Source: Squalus acanthias (Eukaryota). From it: a stretch of DNA of 64,000 bases. Position 1 is the first letter of the stretch. Each line of letters begins with the position of its first letter. The DNA lies in assembly GCA_030390025.1 (NCBI GenBank), contig CM059432.1:28274001-28338000 (forward strand), written 5' to 3'. The notes under the pieces were generated by a model. It ran no database searches. It had not been told where the DNA came from and worked only from the letters and a program-made list of their open reading frames with translations. The position numbers were made by a program, and so were the translations under genes. Below are positions 51,641 through 64,000 of the stretch, piece after piece.

Positions 51641-52339
51641 TGTGAATGTAAATGTGACTATGGTAGTAAAGAGGCCATAAAAGATGTCAAAGGTGAAGTG
51701 ATGGCCGTGAATATGGGTAGATGAGTTTATATGAAGAGAGAGGTTTAGGGAGGACAGGAGAAAAAGGAGGGAGGATACTTGGTGAGAACTCAGGGTGGGG
51801 CTTGGAGGGAAGAAAAATGTTAAATGAGAGCCAAGAGAGGTGGAACAAGGTGAGATGCTTAAAAGAGGAGAAGGTACCAGAAGAGTAGAGAGAGAGACCA
51901 AGGTGTGATTTGGTGATAAGAGCCACACCACCACCACAACAGCTTTGGCAGGGCTGGTGGTGTAAAGTATAGCCAGGCGGGGAGGCTTCAGTAAGAGGCC
52001 GCACCTGTGAGCCAAGATAGCAATGACATCCCAGGAGTGGGAGTGGATTACCAAGCATAGGAAATGGCCTGCAGTGAAGAAGTTTATTTTACTGTAACTG
52101 CACAGTTATATTTATAATCACAGTGATAGTCATGTAATATCTCCCTTGGAAAGTTAAATAATTCAGTTTCTAAATTGCTAAACCCTCACTTCCTTGGATG
52201 TTCAAAATCATAGCTTAAATAAAATCTTTCTGCAGTTACCAAATGCTTTATGCAAAACAGGTAGCATATTAAAATTGTTCAATGATGTTCACCCAATAAA
52301 TGTGATTATGTGCATAAGTAATGAAGCAGTGTAACTTAC

Positions 52340-52496
52340 CGATGTCATGCAGGTCAGGAAGAGAGGATGCTGGGATATCTGCAAGCTGCGTTTTCCAAGT
52401 AACAGTTACTCCTAAACGGTCCGTGCTCAAACAGCCAACCGACACAGTCAATTCATCACAGACTGGGACCAGCACCGTTTCCCCGGGAACAGCCAC
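52340..52496 (-). CDS. TG: Thyroglobulin exon (~exon 19)
   Basis: ttag|...|gtaagt, 157 bp, phase 0-1: VAVPGETVLVPVCDELTVSVGCLSTDRLGVTVTWKTQLADIPASSLPDLHDI. Confidence 0.94.
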
Positions 52497-53668
52497 CTAA
52501 GAGCAGACAGGAATATTCAGTGTTCCCACTTTTCCTGTTACGTTTACCCTTGTATTCGTTTGATGGTTTTCCTATGTTTTTTGAGAGTTGCGGTAGTTTA
52601 AAAAGATGAAGACTGCCAGCGCTGGAAATGGAATTCTTTTCCATTTTGAGCGGTTCAACCACAGCACAGGTTAAATGCAGAGCAAAGCTTCCTCTACCTT
52701 GCTCCGACAATGTGCCTCAGTGCCAATTTTGGTAGAACATCCTCTACTGCACCATCGTGAGTTTTTCCATTTCCAGTTTTCCTTATAGCCACCCCTGAGG
52801 GTGTTAGTGTTAGTTTGTGTAAAAACTGTGTAAACCTTTTGTTTTGTTTTTCATTCTCAGGACGTGGGGCATCATTGGCAAGGTCCATCCCTAGTTGTCC
52901 TGATGCAACTGAGTGGCTTGCTACTTCAGAGGCCAGTTAAGAGTCAACCATCTTGCTGTGGGACTGGAGTCACATATAAGCCAGACCAGGTAATTAAAGG
53001 ACATTTGTGAACCAGTTGGGTTTTTATGACAATCCAACAACTTCATGGTCACTTTACAATTAAAAAAAAACTGATTTCAAATTCTCAACTGCCATGGCGG
53101 GATTTGAACTCATGTTTTTTTGATTATTAGTCTAGGCTTCCAGACTACTGGTAATATAATCACTACACGACCCACCTATGCACCCATGTTCACTGAGAAC
53201 TGGGTAGGAGGTGAGCAGAATCAAGCTGTACTTTTCTGTACATTGGCAACCTGAACCTATTTTCCCAGGTTCATTAGTCCAGGTGACCTTGAAGGAGATG
53301 GCCTTTGGGGATATCCATTGTTCCATCTGGCCTGGTGGGTGGTGGGACTGGGGTGTACTAGCCCAACTCGTTTATTTGATAGTAAAGCATTTAAAAGTTA
53401 TTAGCTTTGGTCGAGGAAAGGGGGTAAAACAGCTCAGATTCCTGCTGCTGATCATTATCCAGTGACCTGTGCTGGAAAATATAAATGCTCAGGCATTAGG
53501 TGAGGACAGAGCTAAGCTCAGATATGAAATAGTCTGTCAACACTCGGCACTAGGGTTCACATGTGAGGTACCAAAGGGCTGCCAACCCCCGTGTAACCGC
53601 AACCAAAACAACATCTTCAGAAAAAAGGAGAAAATTGGAAAACAAATGGAATATTGTTATATAAGCAC

Positions 53669-53823
53669 CTGAATGTGACAGAATCCTCTAGCCCTCAGAT
53701 CATCTGTGATGAAGGTTTTAAATGCCTTCAGTAATCCCGAATAATCACTGTTACATGCTTTCTCAGAAGGCAAGAGGAGCTGGAACTGTGTCTGGGCCTG
53801 AGCGGCTTGAAATACTTGGATTT
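53669..53823 (-). CDS. TG: Thyroglobulin exon (~exon 18)
   Basis: cacag|...|gtgct, 155 bp, phase 1-0: IQVFQAAQAQTQFQLLLPSEKACNSDYSGLLKAFKTFITDDLRARGFCHIQ, resembles human ...ARGFCQIQ. Confidence 0.93.
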
Positions 53824-55852
53824 CTGTGAGGTAAAACAGATCAAAAATCTTCACAAAGGATGTTTTCTAAAATCACTTTTCTAAATGTCTTTTATCCCTG
53901 TTATTTTTCTCAGTAGAGCATGAGCAAGGAGCAAAGAGCCTTTGCATAAAAACCATACTGAGCTCCCCCTGATCACACATTTTGTAAATGCCGCGCCCAG
54001 TATGGTGCTGAGCCAAGCAGAACAGGAGAGTCCCGGGGTCAATCTCTATTCCATGTTACATTAGCTAAGCTGAGCTAGAGTGTCAGCTGTGTTGCTAAAA
54101 TTGAATTCACTGTTCTTGAGCTAGGGAGGGAAAAATTCATCCATGCACCCAAGCATTTTCAGTCACCCCCTCCGCTGGAAAAGTGTGCATTAGGTGAGGA
54201 CAGGATAAAATTCATCTGTGATGTTCTCCATAGTCTGGTGCAGAATATCTAGTTAATTGAGGTACCAAAGGACTGTCGGCTTCAATGGAACTGTATGCCA
54301 GCAAGAATTCATGCCCTCAAATGAGAAAATAAGAAGAACATTTGAGTGGAAGGTGAAAGACCTGTATCTTATGCACATAGGGGACTGGAGATGTGTGAAC
54401 ACTTGGCCCCAGCACTTATCAGGTCTACATTTTAGATAGGTTGCAGGATTATTTAAGATAAATGGTATGCTTTACATTTCAATGGTAGCAGTCTCGCCTC
54501 TGAGTCAGTAGGTTGTTGGCTCAGGTTCCACTCCAGAGATTTCTGCACATAATCTAGGCTAACCCTGAGGGAGGCGTCGTCCTTTAGATGAGATGTTAAA
54601 CCAAGGCCGAATCTGACATCTTTGGTGGACTAAAAAGATCCAATGGCACAATTTGAAGAAGAGCAGGGGAATCCTCCAGGTGTCCTGGCCAATATTTATC
54701 CCTCACCCAACATCGTTAAAACAGATTATCTGATCTTTTTCACATTGCTGTTTCAGGGACCTTGCTGTGTGCAAATTGGCTGCGGCGTTTGCTACGTTAC
54801 AATAGTGACTACACTTCAAAAGTGCTTAATTGGCTGCAATGCGCTTTGAGACATCCCAAGGTCGTGAAAGGTGCCATATAAATGTAAGTTCCGTTTTCTT
54901 CTATATACTGACAAGATAGACAATGTGACCACCAAGAAACCACTATAGTCATTTGCTTTCAAATCTCACTCATCTGCTACTTAGCTCTCATATGCCAGCT
55001 GTTCTGAGTGAGGAAGAAACTAGTCTCCAATTAGTTACACACCTAGCTACCTGAATAGAAACAGACAGAAGTTGTTCAAAAAATATAGGGGACATGATGA
55101 TCCTTCTGCTACCAAGGATAGTGAGTGAGGGGGGGGGGGAATGTTGTCTCTGGAGGGCAGCAGTTCAAGGTTGAAACATGGAGATGCAATGATTGATGAC
55201 GTATAATTATTCTGCAGATTTGTTTACTTAGTTTTGAAGATTAAGGACTGTTTATGCAAAACCTTCCCAGAGGAGATTAAAGTGATAGAGTCCTTGATAA
55301 GATAGGTTGTAGTTAGTCCATGGAAGGAGTGAGCCTGAGGGACCAAAAGGCTTTTTCTTGTTCATTCATTACATATGTTATCATGACACGGCTAAGACCA
55401 GGAACTTCCTGTTTGTGGAGATCAGAAACTGGTAGCCATTATTAACAAACAAGTAGCCAAAGTGATATTTTAAACTTGCACGTTGGCCGTTATTTGAGTG
55501 AATGCAGTAGTCAATCTTTAAAATAAAACATACGGTAGCCATGACCACCAAAATGGTGGCAAAAATCAGAGCACTGGTAAATGGTCAAAAAATGTAATAA
55601 TACTTCCTAACAATAACAACTTACATTTATATAGCACCTTTAACGTAGTAAAACATCCCAAGACAATTCACAGAAGCGTAATCAGAAAAAAAAATTGACA
55701 CCAAGCCAAAGAAGCAGATATTAGGACAGATGACCAAAGGTCAGAGAGGTAGGTTTTAAGGAGTGTCTTAAAGGAAGACAGAGGGATAGAGAGACAGAGA
55801 GGTTTAGGGAGGGAATGTCAGAGCTGAAGGCATGACCACCAATGGTACTTAC

Positions 55853-56059
55853 TCTGACAGGTCTCTGGATGTGGGAATTCTGCAATCCAGATACCATTCT
55901 GTATGTTGCACACAAATCTTCCCCCATCGAATGCACTGTGATAGCCTTGACGACATATCACCTGGCAATGCTGCAGCGACTGACCACTGGGCACATCATC
56001 ACATAAAACAATGCCATCTGATACAGCAACGGCTTTGAAGGGTAGTGCACACTGTGGGC
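55853..56059 (-). CDS. TG: Thyroglobulin exon (~exon 17)
   Basis: cctag|...|gtaagt, 207 bp, phase 1-1: PQCALPFKAVAVSDGIVLCDDVPSGQSLQHCQVICRQGYHSAFDGGRFVCNIQNGIWIAEFPHPETCQ; Cys spacing like TG; this frame is absent from the ORF track. Confidence 0.92.
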
Positions 56060-56734
56060 CTAGGAAAACAAAACACAGTGTGAGATTGGGAACCCTTTAA
56101 TTAGATCTCTGATAAAAAAGAAATACATACCTATTACAATCAGAGAAGGATGGAGCAGAATTTCTCTGAGGGTTCTCCCCATTTCCTACAATGACTGTGC
56201 TGTTCCACTGGGGTATCTGCTGAAGTTACACCAAGAGATCAGGAGAACCCCTGGAGAATTCTACACAAATATGTTCTGTTTTCATAAACGATGCAAACAC
56301 TGTAATTGGTACAATTCCTTGGATTTAAAGGGTAAGGTAACTCCAGAGTTACTTCCATCACTGCTACGTAATCGCCCACAGATTTCTGTAATAAATATGT
56401 ACTCATAAAGTCCCTGTACTATTACTAATAGATCATGACCCTCAGAGTCCATTACAGACAGCTCTATATCCATAAAGTTCACTGCAGGTAGGTACCTAAC
56501 CATCGCTCCCATGAGGTCGAATCACTGATAGATGCATACAAGTTCATCCAAATATTGTGTGTGGGGCACAAACTTGGTCCAAAAGCTCTTACTTCCATTT
56601 ATCACACGTTTGTGGCGTCACGCTTCTCCATCAGCACTTCCCGGTTAACATTTAACATTGAATTCTCCTATGTCAATGTCATGATTCCTCACAATTCCAC
56701 CATTTGGCCAATAGATGTCTCTCGATGAAACTTA

Positions 56735-57200
56735 CCTGCCTGGCCCCCATGCTAGCTGATATTGTAAATGGTTTCCACAGCTGAGGAACTGTCCGCCTCC
56801 TTTTTAAATCTGCCGTTATCACCCCTCATCAAAATAACACCCATGACACCTCTGTCCTTGCAAACTACCGCTCCATTTCCAACCTCCCTTTCCTCTTCAA
56901 AGTCCTTGAACGTGTTGTCGCCTCCTAAATCTGTGCCTATCTTTCCCGCAAATCCACGTTTGAACCCCTCTAATCAGACTACCACCCCTGCCACAGCATT
57001 GCAACGTCCCTAATCAAAGTCACAAGTGACATCCTATGTGACTGTGACCGTGGTGCACTATCACGCCTCATCTTTCTTGACATGTCTGCAGCCTTTGACA
57101 CGGTTGACCACACCACCCTCCTCCAATGCCTCTGCTTCTTGGCTAGCTGACTGGGACTGCCCTTGCATGGTTTCACTCTTACCTATCCAGTATTAGCCAG
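56735..57200 (+). mobile_element. L2 RT fragment
   Basis: Similar to the reverse complement of 13750-14190. Confidence 0.75.
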
Positions 57201-57819
57201 AGGTTATGCTGCCTCTTGCTACTTGCTCCCCCTGTTTTTTTACTCTGTGCCACTTTAGGCCCCATTGTACATTCTTCCCCACTGTTTTCCTTGCTTTTGG
57301 TACCACAGAATGTTTTTGCCGTGCTCCTGGTCTTGCAAGGCCTACCCAGATTCAGTAAAGATTTTGAGTCCATTTGTGATGTCATTGGCCTCCACCTCCC
57401 TTCCCCAGCCCACCTCTTTAACAGCATTTATGCATCGCTCATGGCCTTGCTAACCTACCTTCTTCTGGGCTTATAGCAAAATTTGGAACCCAGTCCAGGC
57501 CTGCCCAGTCAGGACAGCTTCTGGCCCCACTCCCAACCTTCCCTCTCAGTTTTCTTTTGGTTATTTATTTATTTCTAAATTATACCAATGCCTCTCCTGC
57601 CACAAGTTCCATTCCTGACTGATGGGTAATTCACCACCACTCACCCTTTCCTACCTCCCCATGGCTTTTAACCTCAATCTACCATCCCCTTGGACTCTAA
57701 CTCACCTCTACCTTTCCCCTCCCCACTCACTGTCCCCGTCCCCTCTTCTGCTCCCTTCCCTCTATATTAAATAACAATCCCAACCATTTTTCTATTTGAA
57801 CATTTGTTATTTTGTAGAA

Positions 57820-58248
57820 GCCATCACAGCCTCAATAGACACTCTCCACCACAGTACCATCATAGCCTCATTGGATGCTCTCTATCACAGTACCATCACA
57901 GTCTCATTGGATGCTCTCCATCACAGTACCATCATAGCCTCATTGGATGCTCTCTATCACAGTACCATCACAGTCTCATTGGATGCTCTCCATCACAGTA
58001 CCATCATAGCCTCATTGGATGCTCTCTATCACAGTACCAAAACAGTCTCATTGGATGCTCTCCCCCATGGTACCATCACAGCCTCATTGGATGCTCTCCC
58101 CCATGGTACCATCACAGTCTTATTGGATGCTCTCCATCACAGTACCATCACAGTCTCATTGGATGCTCTCCATCACAGTACCATCACAGCCTCATTGGAT
58201 GCTCTCCATCACAGTACCATCACAGCCTCATTGGATGCTCTCCACCAC
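57820..58248. repeat. 36-bp minisatellite (~12 copies)
   Basis: Unit catcacagtaccatcacagcctcattggatgctctc. Confidence 0.95.
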
Positions 58249-58271
58249 TCCAGAAGCTCCACATAACTTAC

Positions 58272-58481
58272 GTTTGCAGGCAGGTTTAGATCCAGTTGTT
58301 GTGTTGACTTGTGTTTCAGGGATCGCTTCTCCATTTGTAAAGACACACCAACACCTCCCTTCATCCTGATCACACTGTACGGCTGAGAAGGAACCATCAA
58401 ACTCTTCACAAGCTGGGATGTACCCTGTCCCCACTTCCCGGTGTATCACCTGATTATTCAGAATTTCACACCTGCTTGGAC
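58272..58481 (-). CDS. TG: Thyroglobulin exon (~human exon 16), thyroglobulin type-1 repeat
   Basis: AG/GT-bounded 210-bp phase 1-1 exon: (C)PSRCEILNNQVIHREVGTGYIPACEEFDGSFSAVQCDQDEGRCWCVFTNGEAIPETQVNTTTGSKPACK; QC...CWCV Tg type-1 signature. Confidence 0.95.
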
Positions 58482-60389
58482 CTGGTGGTTGGGAAAGGAG
58501 GAGAACATTAGTTTGACAGTTTGCAGTTAGCTCGTTAAAGAGTTCACGAATAGGATTGGTTATGACTATTCAGTAATGGTTTCATTACTTTAAAACGGAC
58601 GTTCTGGACTATCTGCTAACTTGAGCACAGCTGGAGTTTGATTTGATGTGTTATAATGTTGATTTTCAATGGTTGGTTTCTCCTTCTAGTCTAACGCTCT
58701 TGTTGCACTACAAACATTTCATGAGATTGATTCCCCGATTGGGCACTCCCGTTGAGGATCAACACTCGCAGGGCACTGTGATTGGGAAATTGTGGGCCTA
58801 CAGCCCTGATTTTCTGTGTACTTAATTTAAATGGTCAGCATAACAGGGGCTGCGGTACACCTGATGGGGGTGCCAGCCTTTATAGGTCTGATAATTAAAA
58901 AATATAAATAATTCTCAGCTTCCTCCACTGGCCCACCAGACACATGAGAAAGGTCCCCATTTCCATCGACAGCCTATGCTGTCAGCTCATCTCATGGAGA
59001 TGGTAGGCATGCTACAATTGGCCTCAGCACCCCTGAAAAAACATTATGTTCCTGCTCTCGATCTCCAGATAGTGACCTCTGCTGAAAAGTGATGGACAAA
59101 ATCACCTGTCAATTGTCAAGACTCATACCTGTAGAATGGCTAACTGGGTGAGATTCCAGAGAGTACCTGTGGAATATTTTTCCACTGTGAGTTAGTGCCC
59201 TCAATAGAAGAAGGCAGGAAAAATGCAAGGCAAAATTTAATAATCCTTTGCTCCCAGGGAGAGCCACGCTCCAAGACAGCATGGATCGGAGAATCAGCAA
59301 CATTGTGTTGCAACTGAGTATGCAGGATCAGTTCATTTACCCTGCAATTCCCTGCTTGATGCTGTTTCCATAACCTAAGTGTCCTGAAAGTTCAAGCATT
59401 AAATTTACTTGCTTTGCAGTTTTTTGCTCAGGAAAGACACACAATCTCTGGATCCTGAGGAACATAATCATAAATATTTCTGTCATAATTTTGAATCGTT
59501 TCCCTGCCTCACTCTTTCTTTTTCCAATGAAGTAGATGGCATGTCTTCAACCTCAATTATTTAAGACTCTGTTCCATCTGCATTGCCTTTTTTTGAAACC
59601 CTTCCAATGTCTCTGTAACTTTTCTTAAGAACAATGACTAAAACTGGCTGCAATATTCCAAGTGTGGCCGGTCCAATGGTTTTTTGTGCCCATACAACTT
59701 CTTTAGATTTACTGTTACAACCCAAGTTTCTATTTGTCTTGGCAGCTGCTTCCATTCAATTTGGCAGCACTTCCAATGTTTGACTAACTAATAGATCTAA
59801 TAATTTGCATTTGCACTTCATTTAATAATCCACAGAAGCAGAATTATTCATTAATGAGTCAGGGGTCCATTGATGTATGTCTGATTCATGGTAATCCCCT
59901 GAGTCAATGTAAGATGAAAAACAACGACCCCACCCTTAACATTATCACTCCTCACTCCATGGAACATAAAAGTCATGGATAATTCCTCTCTCTCCTTGCC
60001 TCCTCCTCCCAAAAACACTGTTGACTTCCAAATGATTCATCTAGACGTAATCCTATGGAAAAACAAGATTCTATCATGTCAGATATCTGACATACCTGTT
60101 TGACTTTCTAGACTAAGAGTGTCATGAACTTTCATTGACCAATTAGCCACATGGTTGGAGGGAAGAATGATGTTGCACTCGACCCAAATGCATGAGTTAT
60201 TGCTGCAAAATATCATTAATGGACATTTAATTACAGACCAATCACAGCTGAAAAGCTGCTCTAAGGCTATTGCACACAGCAGTCCCTACTGTCTATTACA
60301 GACTTATCGACAGTACTCTGTAGATTGTTGCCTGCTACACTGCACGCATATTCTGAGCAAAATTCTTACTGGCTCTACGAGCTTTCTTC

Positions 60390-60773
60390 TGTACAGGTTG
60401 AAGAGAAACTGAGGGAAAAGAATCCATTCCTAAATCTTACGTTCAACCTGCTGCTATCCTGAGAGTAGAATAAAATACTGCCAATGTGTAAAGTACCAAG
60501 CGAATCTTTTCCCATTACTGGAAAAAACCTCCCTTCATGATGACAGTGGCCATTTTGTAAATAATTAGCCAGCGAGTTAGTTAGCGATGACATGACCAAG
60601 TTTGGTTAAAACAGAAGTCTCCGTGTCTCACCCTTGACCAACCTCACCCCACAACCTCAGCGCTTGGTACTTTACACATTGGTAGTATTTGATTCTACTC
60701 TCAGGATAGCAGCAGGTTGTATGTAAGATTTAGGAATGGATTCTTTTCCCTCAGTTTCTCTTCAACCTGTACA
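60390..60773. repeat. Inverted repeat, 113-bp arms (60390-60502 / 60661-60773)
   Basis: Arms reverse-complementary with few mismatches, 158-bp spacer. Confidence 0.9.
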
Positions 60774-61006
60774 CCAAGAGCAAATTGGCTCATTTATATC
60801 ATCTGTGTCAGTTTGGCTCAGCTAGTTGGAAGGCTATGGTTTCAAGCTCATAACCTAAGTTGACGCTTCAGTGAGGCATCAAGGGATCGCCGCATTGTTG
60901 AAGGTTTCATCCTCCAGATGAAATGCTGTTGATACCTCATCTGCATGTTCAAGTGGATGTTGAAGGTTCCATGGTGTTATTTGAAATAGAGCAGGGAGTT
61001 TTGTTA

Positions 61007-61888
61007 GGGGGAGAAGTTCGATATTGCCCCGTTTGGGGCGCAATTATCGGCCGGGCGCAAAGTTTAGCGCCTGGCGCTAATTATCGCCGCTGACTGCAAA
61101 CTTGGCTTCTATCGCTCCTGGAGGTGATTGGAGCGCTAAATCAGGCACGACACACCTGTCTTAAGGTGCTAACGTCGAGGAGCGAGATGCTACCTCAGAG
61201 CGCTGCTGAAGCTCAGGTGATGTCAGTTAGCAATGGAACACAGACACACTGACGCCGGCCAGTTCTTAAAGGGGAGGGTCGATAGTGCTCTCCATCCACA
61301 CCCTGCTCATTGCAGCCTTGAATCTCGGCCTGGAGAGACCTGTACATCAATTCTGCTGGAAAGAACAATGGAGAGTCCCAGGGAAAGAGCTCAGAGTGCA
61401 GCCCCCACAGTCTCTTCTAAATCGATGCAAGGAAAGTCAAATCAAAATGAACCTGCAAAGTGCTGCTCAGTACCCAAAACTCCTTCACACAGCATTGAAT
61501 CTCTCCAGAAGTCTCTCTCTCTCTCTCTCAGAATACATGGTGCAAAAATGTCACCGATAAAAAAAATAATTTAAATAGCGCTTCTCCCAGACCCTTCCTG
61601 ACTGCAAAACGTTCCCCTCTACCTGTCGTTGCTAGCGGCAGGCGGAAAGGCAGGGGGCGCCACTCAATATCCGGTCCGGGGTGCTACTGGGGCATTGCAC
61701 GCTCGACTGATGTCACGATCTGCGGGCGCAGGAGATTGTGGCGGTAGTGTTTAGCGCCGACGCAAAGTATCTGGTCAATTTCGCAAGCGGCGCAAACATC
61801 GCCGCGTCCGGGCACGAGTTGCTTTGCACCCCGTTAGCGCCCTCTTAGGGCACAAACGGGAGGCACCAAGAAACCGAATTTTTCCCCC
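61007..61888. mobile_element. Harbinger-like MITE inserted in a SINE
   Basis: TSD TTA, TIR gggggagaagttcg / gggggaaaaattcg. Confidence 0.8.
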
Positions 61889-63339
61889 TTAGTGTCTTAG
61901 CCAAAGATCCTCCTGCAGACAATATCATCAAAAACAGATTAACTGTCCAGTTGTCTCATTCCCCTGCTCTCTCCCCAGGTCCTGTATCTGCCTCTGTTTT
62001 AAAGGTGTATCTGCTCTTCATTTAAATGGTGCAATAGTCATTATCTCAACTACTCCCTTGTGGCAAAGCAGTCCATACTCCAGTAACTCTCTGCAGAAAC
62101 GATTACAGCACAAGAACAGGCCACTTGTCTCATCAAGTCTACACCATTCTTTGTTCTCACTACTACTTCAGTGCAGTACTGAGGGTGAGACATTAAACGG
62201 AGACCCCCGTCTGCCCTCTCAGGTGGATGTAAAGATCCCATGGCACTATTCGAAGAAGAGCAGGGGAGTTGTCCCCGGAGTTCTGGCCAATATTTATCTC
62301 TTAATTAACATCACTAAAACAGATTATCTTGTCATTAGCACATTGCTGTTTGTGGGATTCTGCTCTGCGCAAATTGGCTGCCGCTTTTCCCTTCATTACA
62401 ACAGTGACTACACTTCAAAAGTACTTAATTGACTATAAAGCACTTCAGGACGTCCTGAGGTTGTAAAAGGTGCTATATAATTGCAAGCTCTTTCTTTTTC
62501 TACAAGCCACCAAGTCCAATCCCGCTCTCTTGCTCGATCTCCATATCATTTAATATTCCCCTTTTTCTGCCTAATTCTCTTTCAAAATAATTTATGGACC
62601 CTGTTTCAACAAGAATTTGTGGCAGAAAATTACACATTCTAACCACACTATATGTACAGATTTATTTTTCTAAATGCCTCTCAAGGCTCACCCTCTCCAC
62701 CAGACGGTGCAGCCTCATGCACTGCCCTCCCCAATTGTTAATAATTTTTATTGTTAGAGAATGCAACAAATCTGTAGACGGTTTCAGGAATTATTCTGGG
62801 GAATTCCTCCCAACTCCAGATGGCAAATGAAGCAATTTCTGGGAAATCATGGTTTTCCACACTCATCCTGATATGGACCAGTGCCCTCCTCCCCCACAAA
62901 CTTGTCAAGCTCTTTTTTTAAGATTAGGAACAATCCCACGCTTGCCATAAATGTTTTAACTTGCTTGTTATTAAAACTGCATGGAACTATTTCAATATTC
63001 AATTCTAATGCATAGAGTGCGATAAAAGAGGCAGAACGGCCTTGTCTCATTTTTTGACACAAAGGCATTTCTTGACACAATGGGGTAGATTTACAACTTG
63101 CCAATTGACTTGCAGATAGGCTGCCCAATTTTCATTTCTATAACTGACGGCCACTCCGCATGCCCAGTTTTATACCTGGACAGCATGTTGAAAATCTACC
63201 ATAGAATCTTACAGCACAAAAGAGGCCATCTGGCCCATCGTGCCTGTGCCGGCTCTTTGAAAGAGCAACCTAATTAGTCCTATTCCCCTGCTCGTTCCCC
63301 GTAGCCCTGTAAATTTCTCCTTTTCTAGTATATATCCAA

Positions 63340-64000
63340 TTCCCCTTCGACAAGGTTCCACACAAGAGATTGGTGAGCAAAGTTAAAGCACATGGGATTG
63401 GGGGTAATGTGTTGACGTGGATTGAGAACTGGTTGGCACACAGGAAACAAAGAGTAGGAGTAAATGGGTACTTTTCAGAATGGCAGGCAGTGACCAGCGG
63501 GGTACCGCAGGGTTCGGTGCTGGGACCCCAGCTGTTTACATTATATATTAATGATTTGGACGAAGGGATTAAATGTAATATCTCCAAATTTGCGGATGAC
63601 ACTAAATTGGGAGGCAGTGTGAACAATGAGGAGGATGCTAGGAGGCTACAGAGTGACTTGGACAGGTTGGGTGAATGGGCAAATGTATGGCAGATGAAGT
63701 ACAATGTGGATAAATGTGAGGTTATCCACTTCGGTGGTAAAAATAGAGAGGCGGACTATTACCTGAATGGTGGCAGATTAGGGAAAGGGGACGTGCAACG
63801 AGACCTGGGCGTCATGGTACATCAGTCACTGAAGGTGGGAATGCAAGTGCAGCAGGCAGTCAAGAAAGCAAACGGAATGATGGCCTTCATAGCAAGGGGA
63901 TTTGAGTACAGGAGTAGGGAGGTGATGCTACAGTTGTACAGGGCCTTGGTGAGGCCACACCTGGAGTATTGTGCGCAGTTTTGGTCTCCTAACTTAAGGA
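63340..64000 (+). mobile_element. CR1 LINE RT, runs off the window
   Basis: GVPQGSVLGPQLFTLYINDLD...KFADDTKLG...LVRPHLEYC readable on the + strand. Confidence 0.9.

Noticed and set aside
57796..58369. Repetitive His/Ser/Leu ORFs in three frames
   Set aside because: Artefact of a stop-free 36-bp minisatellite
58482..64000. Next upstream TG exon (~exon 15)
   Set aside because: No convincing candidate with the right phase and WCVD-like motif found by eye; probably outside the window

Overview
Vertebrate genomic DNA; the repeat content (V-SINE, Deu-type SINEs, CR1, L2, Penelope, Harbinger) suggests a cartilaginous fish (inference). The whole window lies inside a thyroglobulin (TG) gene on the minus strand. 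I reconstructed 11 consecutive GT-AG exons (58481 down to 1537) that splice in frame and correspond to about human TG exons 16-26 (numbering from recalled human structure). The introns are packed with nested transposons. The standout is a very young, intact Ty3/Gypsy LTR retrotransposon (16273-20740; identical 194-bp LTRs, 5-bp TSD, one 1312-aa gag-pol ORF). It has no tRNA-type primer-binding site; its PBS is instead an 11-nt complement of its own LTR, overlapping the polyA signal, which suggests self-priming. It also has a YVDN RT motif and a duplicated PPT+LTR stub. Other features: a 1.8-kb solo-LTR-like element, two decayed two-gene Harbinger transposons with several MITE-like relatives, two local inverted duplications and three minisatellites. 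Boundaries of decayed repeats are approximate.
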